The translations under genes were made by a program, and so were the position numbers. The notes beneath the pieces were generated by a model. It worked only from the letters and a program-made list of their open reading frames with translations. It ran no database searches and had not been told where the DNA came from. From Bugula neritina (Eukaryota; Animalia; Bryozoa): 64,000 nucleotides of DNA. Location of the stretch: positions 3,100,001-3,164,000 of the forward strand of contig OZ037769.1 in NCBI GenBank assembly GCA_964035545.1, in the 5' to 3' direction. Below, in pieces: positions 33,301 through 46,600 of the stretch (position 1 is the first letter of the stretch; the number at the start of each line of letters is the position of its first letter).

Positions 33301-34274
33301 AAGAGGGTTGTTTGGCGCAGAGATGGTCAGGTGTTTCTTCTTCAAGGGAGTCAATAGCTTTCGCTCAGCTGAAATAGACACGGTTTTAGCACACAGCTTC
33401 TGTAGTCTCTCTTCTCGTATTTTCAACTTGGTGGTTGGAGTGAAAAGATACCGTGGAACCTTAGCAGATCTCCTAGCTCGTAGGTACGAGTGGTTGTAGA
33501 TATCACTCCACAGCTCAGTAGATTGCATGGCTATGGTCCTAAGATTATAATATATGCAGCTGATTCATACACATTGTATTAAGATATATGAACTGGAATG
33601 CGAGACATAGTAAAATATTAACCAAGCTGTTACAAATTAGGAAAATAAGTACATAGTATACTCTAGTTCGTAGGTTTTAGATAATCTCTCGTTTATTTAC
33701 CTAACTATGCATGAACTGCAATAATTTCTTATTAAAATAGTCCTAGTTGATGCAATATAAGAAGGAAGAGAATCATTATGAAGAGATATGATATGTATAA
33801 ATATATAAAAAAGGTATCGCCAAAATATTTATTACATGGAAGGTATCACATGCACGTAAAGGTCTAGGCAAAGTATTCATGGCATGAACATAAAGGTCTA
33901 GGCAATACATGTGTATGACTACATTTATTGTCTGTCATGTTTATAAACAGTTAATAGGGAAGTTGTGAAGAAGGATTAGATTTCAGCTAACATGGGTGTA
34001 CTTGGTCTAGAACTCTCCGGGGAGTCTGAGTTCCTCGTGTGATACTCGATTGGACCGGCAAGTTTCTGAGTCTTTATTATCTAAACAAAAGAGGAGAAGA
34101 GTTATTTATAGGAGTTTACATGATAGACTAAGTATCTTACCCAGCCAGGGGGGGGGGCTGTTTAGATTTCTTAGTTATTAGCTCAAGTGGAGAAATCGTC
34201 TCTTCATTCACCAACTTTCTTCAGTCTAAATTTTTCATATATGTGCATATATATGCAATATATATATATATATA

Positions 34275-34350
<76 letters not shown>

Positions 34351-35604
34351 TAGTGTATAGTGTATGACTCCATGTTTTCATCACAAAGGAATTCTAGCAG
34401 TGGAAATTACATTACAATACATCTTAGCAATTCAGAAGATAAATGAGTACCACCCTAGTCTCAAAGTTTTATTAACAATAGTTTGTTTGTTTGTTTGGTT
34501 TATTTCATCAAAGGTATTTAATAACACAAGGACATTAGAAAATGCCAAGGAGGCGATGATGAGGCCCATTGCGCTATAGCCTAGCTAGTCATGCGCGGGC
34601 CAACACGAGCTGACAGCGACTCTATCCAGAAAAATACAAAAAAATACAACTATTCTAACAGATAAAGCCTCAACTTCCTCCCAAATTCATTAGGGTTGCT
34701 AATTGACCGTAAAGGGATTGGCAGTTCATTCCATAGTGCCACCTCCTGATAACAGTTTCTTCTGTGACCTGCTGCTGTTTGAGAGTGAGGAAGGGGGAGA
34801 TTTATGAATGATTGACGTGTATTGATAGAGTGAGTGGGAAAAAAATTGTCAGAGTAGAAAAAAGAATGAGCTTTCTTTAACACTTTAAAACGGTAAATCT
34901 GGTATATTGAGAGAACTTTATGCTTAGTAAATAGAGGCGCTGATGGATGGTCAAACGGTTTTTTGTTCATGATACGCATTACCTTTTTTTGAAAAATAAA
35001 AATCTTGTTTAGATGGGTATTAGCTGCATTTCCCCAGGCCTCTGCACAATAATTTAACTTGGAATTGATGAAAGAATTATATATCAAAAGTAAAATTTTT
35101 TGAGGGAGATATTCAGAACATCGGTATATTAATCCACTAAGTGGTCGTAATTTTGTAAGTAGGTTTGAGATGTGCAAGCTCCAATTTAAATTTTTATCTA
35201 TTTGTACACCTAGAAAAGTTATGCTGTTAGAGTAATTTATAGGTCTTTGCACCTTTATAATGACCATTTGGCATTCTGATCAAAAGGGTATAAATGTGTG
35301 TGGGCCAAACTATTTTATATATACTTTCAATACTTTTTATTCTATGAAGTTGCTACACAATGTACAATTTGTTTCACAATGTAGTTATTATTGACAAGAG
35401 TGTCAATGAAAATGATTGATTTGAGTAGCAAGTGAAACTAACACGATTGTCAATTTTGGGCTAATAGGTTTCTAGAACCAAGTTCATGTTTTAGTTGGTC
35501 TACATCAGTGTTATTGTGGGACAAGCTCATGATTTTGCTAATGTGTGAATGTTGCCTGATAGAAATGCATGTTTACATGTAATCAATCTAATTGGCATAT
35601 GTGC

Positions 35605-35647
<43 letters not shown>

Positions 35648-36032
35648 TGTGTGTGTGTGTGTGTATTATACAACGAATGTTGAATATAATATATTGATTC
35701 CTAGCTACCAAACCTTTCTCAGCTGCTGGAGTGTCTTTAGTTTAGCTGCCAATTCAGTTAGACTGAGAGATTTGAGGGAGCTGCCTGCCCGTCCCCTTGA
35801 AGAGCTGCCATTTATTTGAAACTTTGGTATAATTGGAAGTTTTGCGGATTTAATAAAATTTTGAGAATCAGAAACACTCGTAGTTTTATTCTTGCCACTT
35901 TTCTACAACACAGTTTAAGTATTAATATAAATATCCAAAAAATTATTTTGCATATTTACAGATGATATTTTTACTTACCTTTCGAACAAAAGAGTTATCG
36001 CTGACGTCATAATCAGTCACTTGATGAGCCAT
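30317..36032 (-). CDS. Uncharacterised protein with a Cys/His-rich PHD-like cluster; probable non-coding 5' exon(s) near 37360-37620
   Basis: Approximate exons with canonical splice sites and consistent phases: 36032-35979 (MAHQVTDY...), 35902-35714, [34215-34141, problematic], 34080-33991, 33538-33292, 32739-32688, 32469-32306, 31927-31673, 31252-31084, 30724-30317. No family recognised. Confidence 0.7.
30800..30990 (-). mobile_element. Degenerate SINE related to copies 1 and 2
   Basis: Shares tgagaaccc, gagcacaagagcaactatgattggatgcccttccta and attcaaacccttgaccttgc...tactctaaccctta with the other copies. Confidence 0.6.
33043..33252 (-). mobile_element. tRNA-derived SINE, copy 2, with an 18-bp target-site duplication
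   Basis: The minus strand begins gagcagccgtggtctaggggttagagcg...gggttcgagccc (Pol III A and B boxes). Flanked by cattgcatgtaaccataa at 33025-33042 and 33253-33270. Confidence 0.9.
34250..34350. repeat. (TA)n microsatellite
   Basis: Seen directly. A second (TA)n lies at 43553-43603. Confidence 0.95.
34481..35240 (-). mobile_element. 5'-truncated non-LTR retrotransposon (CR1/L2-group ORF2 C-terminus, 3'UTR, (AAAC)n tail)
   Basis: ORF 34650-35267 contains FLGVQIDKNLNWSLHI, IYNSFINSKLNYCAEAWG and LWNELP, typical of the post-RT region. The tail reads gtttgtttgtttgttt at 34481-34496. Confidence 0.85.
35600..35664. repeat. (GCGT)n(GT)n compound microsatellite
   Basis: Seen directly. Produces the spurious RACV ORF. 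Confidence 0.95.
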
Positions 36033-37669
36033 TCTTTTTTTTAACTTTGTTTTCGTAATTAATCAGCTTTTGCTGAAATTTTTTCGTCGCATCAAGTTTT
36101 CCAAGTTGAATGTTGCAGCTTCAACTCTGGTATAACTAATGAAATTTTTAGTAGGCACTTTACATATCACATTATCTTAAATGATTTAATGTCATGGACT
36201 AATTGTAAAACTCGAACACAAAGGTTTACTTAAAATGATTGGATTAGCTGCATGTTCTAATTCATTCAAAGATATAAAAAAGTGAAGTTATGCAATGTGT
36301 ACTTTTTCTAAGTAATAGAAAAGACAAATTTGGTTCTGTCTTACTGTTTAATTATTATTATTTAATAATAATTATTTAATGTATGTATACAAGCAACAAA
36401 GCCAGCATTTATTATTCCCAGTTTCAATTTTCAAATAACATGGCTAGTTTCACGTAATTTAGAGCTTATTGCATTAAACAGTCCTTGTTTAATTCAACGT
36501 AAAATCATCTCAGTTGATCATCATATTCTATATTGTTTAGACCTGTATCTCATTGTATGTTTTATATTGGAAATAAAAGTGCTAGAAACAGCATTTTTTA
36601 GGACGTAATTTCTACCCACATGCATGCTTCTTTTTGTATAAAGGGTCTATAAACACAGGCTATAATATTAGTATTTTCTTTTATGGGTTGAGTTGTACAC
36701 TAATATGTATAAAACACAGTAAGAAACAAAAAAGAAACACTCGACTAAACCCAAATTTCAAGAGCTAGTTTTCCATGGTTATAGACAATGAAAAATAAGA
36801 ACACTTTTAAACAATAAGTACAAGTATTGCATCAAACAAACAAAACAAAGAGGTGCACAATTTCACAATGTAATATAAGAATTGAAAAGTTTATCGATTG
36901 ACCAGCAATTATGTTGTTTATAAGCTGGTTTCATCACTTTGAAATTTTTAAACTACGTGTCTATATGAGCTTTGCTCACTAAGTTATTGCTAAAGAATTT
37001 CAACTTTCCTTTTTTCATTTCCTCTTAACTCATATAAAATTTCACAATGAATTTATTTAGTTTAAAAAATCCAGAGCCCATTTCTCTATTAAGAGCAATT
37101 TGATTTGAATTATTACTTATTAATAACAGCAGAGGAAATATATAATCAGTGCATTTGTCACATTATGTAATATGTCATAAATGTGCCAGGAATTAATTGA
37201 TTATATTAACTTCATATTCTTCAGCCAGACCTTTTTATAAATGACTGAACCAATGATAAGGTGCTCCAATAAATTATTGTTATTGATATTTATTCCTTTT
37301 TATTAGGTAACTTAGTACATCAGCTAAGTTGAAGTGTAGCCCACTAAAATATAACTTACAGTGACATAGATGACAGTATTTGCATCAGGATTCTCCACCA
37401 GTATGCATTAGAAGACATGGGTATCATCATCAATTCAGCCTGTAACATTTTAAGGTTATTTAGCCATTTCCTGTAGAAGTTTGTTATAAACCACTTTGTA
37501 ATTTTATACCGACCTGCAAACATAAACCATAAACGTCTGCTTATGGTTTCAAATACAGACATATACTGGGTTTTTAAAACAAGCAAAGATTTTTCGATCA
37601 GCGAAGAGTTATTTTCTCACCGTAGTGCACTAGCACCAAAGGACTTTCTTCATTGGTCACTAGCTGTTC

Positions 37670-37910
37670 ATAAATCGCGATCGTTATACACACGCGTGAA
37701 ACCGCGTGGCGAAACGTTAGGCTTGGCTTGACACAGGTGTGACTTTTCATTGGTTAAGACTCATCACAAATAGTAAATCAACCACGTGCATCGCCTTTTA
37801 AATAGCGTCTGCATTCCTGAATAAAACATTTCCCCAGACACTCCAAATTTCAGTACGCGAAAGGTCAGAATCCAACGCCTTCAAGTTAACGCTAAGGTTT
37901 ATACTTTTGA
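37670..37910. promoter_or_regulatory. Probable bidirectional promoter (uncharacterised gene / BLMH)
   Basis: CpG-enriched patch with cacgcgtg, tggcgaaa (E2F-like), attgg (CCAAT) and ccacgtg (E-box). A YY1-like gatggcg overlaps the BLMH ATG. Confidence 0.5.
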
Positions 37911-40900
37911 TGGCGTCTTCAGCAGGTCAGCATAAACACTAACCAATCTTTTTTTATTTAATGGCTTAACAAGAAACCTAAATAGTAATATATTCCAATT
38001 AATATTAAATTCAATAATCATTATGATTATCACTTAAATCTTAATGATTATGATTATCAATTTGAATATCAATAGACAATACCAATTAGTATTACTAATA
38101 CTATTAGTATTAGTATTACTATTAGTGTTACTGTATTACTATTAGTATTAGTGAATTAGCATTTTAGCATGAATAAAAACTATTACTATACGGTATACCA
38201 ATACTTAGATCCAATAAAATTAAATGCTTTTGTGATTACCATGATCATAACGATAATCATAATAGTATTAAGTTTTAAATATATTTTTAGTTGGATATTA
38301 CTTTATTGCACTTGAATTTTTATTAAATTATAATCATACTACTACTAGTGTTTAACTTATAGTTATACTTATAACTATAGTATTAGATTTGTTGTACTTG
38401 TATTCTATAAAAAAAAAACTCACGGAAACTGGGCTTTAACATTGTCATTTGGCATAAAAATTAACCCAAAGCAAGTTAACCTATAAATGACAATACATGG
38501 AGTTAAACTATAAATTACTAGGCTATCTGTATTTGATTCTATTGAGATGTAGCTGGAAATCTATGTGATAAATATAATTAGAATAAATATAATAATCTGA
38601 TCTTGTCTGCTGAATTAAATAAACTAATTTTGAACTAATCGTGCATTTGACTGATGAAGCTGATAAACTGATGTTTTTTTATTCTTAGGAATTGATTTGG
38701 CAATCATTGATGATTGGCTGAAGAAATATGAAAAAAATGACAAGTTGTTGGTGGCCCAGAAAGGCTGTACTCACTTTAATACCCTCTCATTTCTGTCTAA
38801 TCAACAATGTAACTTGAACCATGTGTTTAATAAAAAGGTACCTCACTATTCTAATTACCCTAATTTTAGTTGAGATTTTCTACCATATAAATTCAAATGC
38901 TGTGACCTGGGTGTGCCTACATAACACCATAGAGCTTAGAAGCTATTGTGGAAAACTGTTTAATTTATTGTGTCTGATATTGTTAGCAGCATTCTCTTAT
39001 CTTATAAGTGAATGGAAAAAGACTAAATGCTTGTTATCTATCTATAGCCTGTCTTCCCAAAATAGTTCACATTTTAAATGGCTGTGAACTCGGTGCATCA
39101 ATATTTTCAGTAAACAAACATTCGAAAACTAGGCACAGATGCTTGCTGTTGTAATCAGTGATTGAGCTAATATAATAGATAAGTCTGCTCCACATATAAG
39201 CTATGATTGTTCTAGTTTGTCTTTTGCCAACAATACACTCAGCTAGTGACTCATAATAAGCGAATAAATGATAAAGCATTGTTCATTCTAAATTGACTTG
39301 AAACAGAAATTGTGTGCACTCAGTAAAAACTGAAAAGTCTAGTTCACAGTATTTTCAACTAATTAACTTGTGACATCAAAAGCTTTTAATGTCTGTTGTG
39401 GTTGGATTTTCAAAGCAATCTGATGTGAAGTGTCAACTTTAATGCATTTTTTATGAGTAATACACTTCTAATATCCTGAGCTAAAGTGTTACAACTCTGC
39501 TATGCAGTTGTCTGGTGAATATAAACTGAGCTGGTATTTAGCCTGTATTTCAGTAGTCCTTTTAGATCTTTTGGTCAGTTAAGAGCAGTAGTGGAGAAAT
39601 TGAGATAGCCCAAGTTCTTTAATTTTATATAAAATTTTTGGTTAAAGGCCAAGGCTAAATTTTTAATCAAGAACACAGGCTTTTCTCAATTTCTCCATTA
39701 CTGTAACTACCTCCTTTTGATTGTGTTATAGTCTTCCTAAATACGGCTAAGAGTTGCCTATGAATTGTAACTAACCTGTTTTGTGAGTACTACCTTGCTG
39801 TGGCTGTAGTAGTTATGTTCTCCTGTTCTTCCAGGTAAGTGTAGAGGTGAAGCCTGTGACCAACCAGAAGAGCTCTGGCAGATGCTGGATCTATGCTTGT
39901 CTCAACGTGCTGAGGATAGCTTTCTGTAAACACAACTCCGTAGAAGAGTTTGAACTGAGCCAGACTTACCTCTTCTTCTGGGACAAGGTACTTACTTTAC
40001 TTACTCTTACTTATAACTCTTACTTACTCTCCTACACTGCATAGTGGCTACCCCTTCTGCCCTGCATAGTGACTACCCCTCCTACACTACATAGTGACTA
40101 CCCCTCCTACACTACATAGTGACTACCCCTTCTATACTGCATAGTGACTACCCCTTTTAGACTGCATAGTGACTACCCCCCCCCCACTGCATAGTGACTA
40201 TCCCTTCTATACTACATAGTGACTACCCCTGCTACACTGCACTGCATAGTGACTACCCCTTCTACAATCTACACTGTAATGCACAAATTCTAATTCAGTT
40301 ACCATTTTTTCAATATACATTGTGTTTTTTGCATGCAATAAAAATGTGCAATTTAATGCGTGACTGAGTAGTTTTTCATGATTTAATTTTGTGTAATGGG
40401 TAATTATTATTTAGTGCATTGGAGTCTGTTAAGGGTGAATGCTTTATTCGCTTGTCACCCTCAGGCAGATGGTCAGGTCTGAAGTATGATTAGTTACTAT
40501 GAAGTTATACACACCCTGAGCTGAATGGATAGTGCTATTTGTCTAATAGTTATAAAAGCTTTGTCCTATTAATAAAAATACAATACATTTATGCTTCATG
40601 TTATATTCCTACAAAAACAGTTTATATATAAAATACTAAAGTTTAAACTTGGAAGTTATTCAGTAATTTACACGAGGACTGTACGTTAGTAGCATTGTTT
40701 ATCCTATTATTCTACAACAGCTTCTCCTTTCTTATCTGATGCTAAAAATAATTAGTAATGGAGGTGATTATTAATAACAGTGCTACTCTAATTATAGCTC
40801 AAATAATTCCTAGGGGTATAGAAATGTTGTACAGGTATTTATTCACCTTCACTTGAGAGTCATAGAATGAGATGGCCTGATACAGCATAACTTTTCTAAC

Positions 40901-43551
40901 AGTGCCACACAGGAGTGGCCTTGGTTGCAATAAAGCAATATTATGTTAACTCTGTGTTTACAGTGTCATCAAATGCTTATTTTTGTGTAAATATTAGGAT
41001 TTGATGTAATAACATTGGTCTTAGTTATTTACCCCATTCATATAATACTAACCTTACTCCTAAATATACTACAAAGCAAACACTATATGAGGTAAATCGA
41101 TGTAGTAGCTAAATAAATAAGCTGTTCCTTAGTTTTTCTAAGTACTTATTCCACTTCAAGTTTTACATTTTCAGATGCTGTATTATAACTGCATTTAGAT
41201 ATACGTGACGCTGCGTAACTTTACTTGGCAATGAAAAAGTTTTTAAATTGTAATACTACTAACCTGGTCATTTTTTAAGAAACATATCTAAAGCTTCACC
41301 TATAAATCAAATTATTTTTTGCGTTTGGAGCCATTGTCAATGTAAAAAATACTAAATTTTTGACAATTACTTGTAAAAAATAGACATAAGTTTGAAATAG
41401 CATTTTTTATGAAACAAGCTATCGGAGTATATAAAGCTGACTACAAATGTCAGTTGGGGTAGACAAGGATTAGCAAGTGCTCTTAGGTGTAGCGCTGAGC
41501 ATGTTCACTTACCTTAAATTTATAATTTGTAGTTTAAGTTTAGGGATCAGTGTTTTATGACATCCGTTGACATGCATTTAATAGAAATATAAATATCTAA
41601 TAACTCTGATTTAGCATTTACTTCTACATTTGAATCTCCAAATCAAAACTGCAACCGTTTGTATTTTCAGTCCATAGAATAAAGTTTATAGTGTTTCAGA
41701 TTTTCAGTTTTTTGCAGCTGACTACCAGCTTTGCAAAAATATTCACATTAAAAATAATTGCATTCAAAGTTTTTTTTTAAAGCAATTTGCATATTTCAAA
41801 TAAAATTTGGGTTTATAATGAAACGAAAGTGTGGCCAGTTTATATTACTCGTTGTTTTTGCTGGGCGTATAATATTGTTGGGTTGAGTCTTGGTGTATAA
41901 TATAATTAAAGGGAGGGAGTTTCTACGTTCATAACACATAAAACTTATAGGTATTGGAAATGTATGCTTTAACCAAACTGCTACTAAATTTCCTAAGCTT
42001 ACAAATGTTGATTTTTACTATATTGCAATGTTTTTTTAGGTGTAGTGAAAATTATTATTTAATTATAGACTCAATGCTTCCCATTTGGAGTTTAAAAGAA
42101 CACTCATCAATTGCAGAATTTTCATAAAAAGATAAAAACTTAGCTTTAAATTTTTGTAAGAAAGATGTAGAAATTTGTTTACAAAATTATTTTAAAATTA
42201 TACATTTGGGTTAAAGTCCATTTCCATTTCATGTTCATCGCATTACTTTAGGATTCAAAGTTCATTGTTTTGTCTGAGTGTTTGTCCATCAAATAAAATC
42301 ACCGTGAACACCAAAAGACAACAATTTGGAAAAAAATCAACTTTCACATTGTGTGCCAAACATATAAATGATTTATTATACACAGGCATATGGATACTTT
42401 TGATAAAAATAAACAAAAATTGGCACCACTTCAAAAATGTTTCTGTTCTATTATAGTGAATCATTATTGCAACAAAACAACCTCAATAACATACATAAAC
42501 AAATATTTATGGCATTTGATTATTAGCACAATTATAACTAATATGTGAGTGGTTCACCATCTAAAGATAACTTCCATCAAATGATAGAGAACTATGATGG
42601 CCTGATAGCCAGCTCCGCTTACTGTTTACATAAATATTATGATACAATATCATGATTCAAACCATGTATACTAATTATTAACATAATGATATGGCCACTG
42701 TTTTATTTAAAGTACTAAACTCTAATGTCCCGAATTGGGTTGATAATTTCTTCTGCAAAAAAAACTTTCAAACTGCGAGATATAATTATATGTACCAAGC
42801 ATTAGGTTTTAGCAACTGTCATTTTATTTTTGCACTCTTCATTGATGTAAGAAGCTTGCAAGTTCAACTATTCGTTTTATCTACCCTGCCAAGCATTTAA
42901 AGACAAAACTCCATTACTTTTTGCATATTAACCCAAAAATTTTTTTTACAAAGTTTAACTAGAGCGAGCTTGCATAAAAATATCATAAGTGTGTGACATC
43001 AGCACCTTGGTCAGAAGCTTTTACTTAGTCTATTTATTCTTCGCTACCTGTCCAGCTATATCATATTTCTTTACATGTAATTACACAATTTATTTATTGG
43101 GAATGGACTTGTATACTGTAATAAGCTGATGCATACCTATTGCTCGACATGCATTTTACACCCAAACCTCCCTCAACTTCTCATTGTATTCATTTTCTAC
43201 TTTTTTTATTTAAAACATTTTAACATTCAGATATCAACTGCAGCAATATAGTCTGATCACGTAACTTTAGGTTGAGAGATGCAACTACATGCTCAAGTCT
43301 TTTGTGAAACTGGCACTAGAGGGCGCTGATCATGACGACAGGACTTTAGCTCATCTCTTATCAAATCCGACGAATGATGGTGGTCAGTGGCAGATGCTGG
43401 TGAATCTGATAGAGAAGTATGGGCTGATCCCTCTGTCTCAGTGGCCCAGTCCTGTACTGGCTGAGAACTCTTCTAGACTCAACACCATACTTAATAATCA
43501 GGTGAGTCACTCTCTTTCTATCTATATATTCTATTCTATATCCAACTTGTG

Positions 43552-43606
<55 letters not shown>

Positions 43607-46600
43607 GTAACATAATATGATATAATATAATATGATATTTATTGGCAGCTTTAACGAGACTTAATTGATTGACTAATGGGATGTGGCTGGGGTCAATGCC
43701 TTCACCCTGACAGACAGAATTTTGATGAAATACATGCGAAACCTTTCCTATCACTAAATGCAAACACCAGCCCTTTTAGTATCCATTATTTTCAGAAATG
43801 ATGGATATATACCTTAAAATCAAAGTTTAATGTGAAACTGCAAGCCTGGAGCTGCTCCATAATAGATAGTCTTATTATGTGACCCTATTTATCTTTCCTT
43901 GAAGTTCACTTCACATTGTAGTACTATACCATTTCTCAGCATTTTCATATACTGGTGCTGTTTGAGCTTTTTATATTTACTATAAAAACCGCTGGTTTCC
44001 CATAACTGCTGGAATTTATTACTAGCTAATGCTTTGGTGTTTTGATTGATTGACTCACTTCTGAAAATTCTAGAAGCTTACAATAATTTCTTTGAAGTTG
44101 ATACTATAACATTACGTTGGTAAAGAAATAATACTTGCATTTTCAGCAAAATTCTTTGTGTATTCTGCATCTTCAGACAAAAACTGCTAGATCTGGAATT
44201 TCTTTCACACTGATGTTGACACTTTGATTAGAAATTTATGAGCAGGATGTTGAATTAAGTGGCCATTAGGTATAGTCTCACCTTTTGACTGGAGCTGTCA
44301 GTGCTGGATGCATGTTTGGTCATTTGTCAACTCAAGTGCCTTAGAAAGTTCAACTCTGTTGACCAGTTTCCTGTGTTGAGCAGCTTCTATACGTTAGCTG
44401 GCCATTTTTTATTACTTGAAAATATGTTTCACTTTCAACCCCCCCCCCCCCCCAATACTCTTAGATGAGGATGGTAAAACACAATAGAGTGTTACAAGGC
44501 ATTAATACCTTGATGGTAGAGAGAGTTCCAATTACGTGAGGCTAAGGATTGGGGGATAAAATAATGTTCCCCCCCCCCCTGTTAACTGTAAATGGTACGA
44601 ATTATCTGAAGTAATGCATGTTTTGGGTAATAATTTCTTAATCCCATCCCATTTGCTTCTCGCAGCTGCGTACCAACTGTTCAATCTTAATGAGAATGGT
44701 GAAAGAAGGGAAGACGGCAAAGGAGCTAGACGATGCTGTGTGTACAATGATGTCTTCTGTAAGTATGCAACACAATGATCTCTAAACAGACAGCTACTAG
44801 GTACATTTTTCACATCAAGTTTGAGCATGTATTTTTTAAAATGATGAAGAAGTTTTTCAGAACTGGTAAACACAGCAAGCTGGGTGATGAGATGAAAGCT
44901 GCATACCAGAGTAGGCTTGTTGACAGTGTTTATATTTGGATCACTATTAAAATGAGACTAAAGATATTTGAGTTGGTTTTATTGAGTGCAGGTGGACACT
45001 AGATGGGACGTAATCCATGCTAATAAAGCTCAGAGCTCAAAACATTGCCAACTTTTAAAGCTTTGGCTAAGTTTTATATTAGATAAAATTGGAAACATTG
45101 CCATATTAGCTGCCAGCTGAGGTTAACTGCAACTCAAGAGATAGTAAACATAAGTTTGTTATAATTATTTGGCAGGATACAATTATTTAATTGAATGTCC
45201 TAAAATATATATATATTATGGGATATAATATATTATTGATTATTTGTTAGAAAATATATCATTTATTTGTTTATAGTATGCTAGTTTCAGTTCATTGATT
45301 TGTTTACATATTATTTTTAGGACAATTTAATTTAAAAAACACACATGTTTGGTGTAAAGCTCTGAAAGCTGTGATGAGTACCTTCAAGCAACTAAAAAAA
45401 AACAAAGTCTTTTAAATTTATATATATAGAATAATATTTTATTTCCCATAACTATAAGGTCACTGGTCCTTAACCATTATGTCTAGGAATGCCATGCAGT
45501 TTAACTTTTATAATTAATGGATGGTGAAGTGTCCGTAAACAGTCACATACTTTGTTGTGGGTGTAGTCCTATCTATCATGTCTGTGATACCAACAGGCTG
45601 ATGAAAATTGGGTCACTGAGAGATTATAATAATTTATTTTATTTCTCCAGTCAACATTCTTGCTATGTGCTGCTATCACGTTGTGAACATAAAGTGAAAC
45701 CATTAAACAAGAAACAACTTTGTTTTTAAGTTCTGACTCTGTGGGAAATCTACTGAAGTAAACTTAGCATTATATTGCATTACTTTGTATATATAAGCTT
45801 ATTTCATTGGAGTTATGTATTCTTTAACCTGCACTGCACCCCTGCTGACCATAAAACAAGATATTAGATATTGCTAGTGATGCAAATGATAAAGTGTGTA
45901 GGCTGTATGGAGCCAGGGGGTGGAATAAATTAAACCAATTGTTGTAAAAGGAGTAATTGTTCTATAGTGGCACTTGACACAGCAGCTCATATCCTGAAGG
46001 GAAGTGCAATCCAAGATCCTAATTGTTCTAATAAACCTGGTGATATGAATGTAAAACTATGGCAAACAGAGCCAGTGGTTTGCAAGTAGTTGGGGCTACT
46101 TTCCAGCATTTTCTGTCACTTACTGTTTCCCAGATTTCTGTCTTTTATGATACATTATTCTGTGGAGAAACAGAGCGGTCTGTTTCCACACTCTATTCAA
46201 TTCTATGAATTGTTTGGTCGGAATTTTGTTTTCAAAAAATCAAAGCACCATTTGACTTTTGAAATCTTTCAAATATATTTTCAGTTTTACAAGGTGCTTG
46301 CTTGCACACTGCATGTGAAAATGACTTATGAGGGGGGGGGAGGGCTGTGAATTTTTATAGTGGATGAACGACATTGCAAGAATGATTATGCTGGAGTGAG
46401 TTATATATTATGTTAATTTTTAGACGTCTGAAGCATAACTGCTATACAACGCATATATTTAGCACAGCAACCAGGCATTACATAAAAAAAATGCCAAGTA
46501 AATTATAGCTGTGCAGTTTTCCTCTATATGTTTCAAGTTATTTTAGAAAAAAGAGCTATTAAAAAAAACTCTAGAATACCATAGTGTAAAAGATTAGTCT

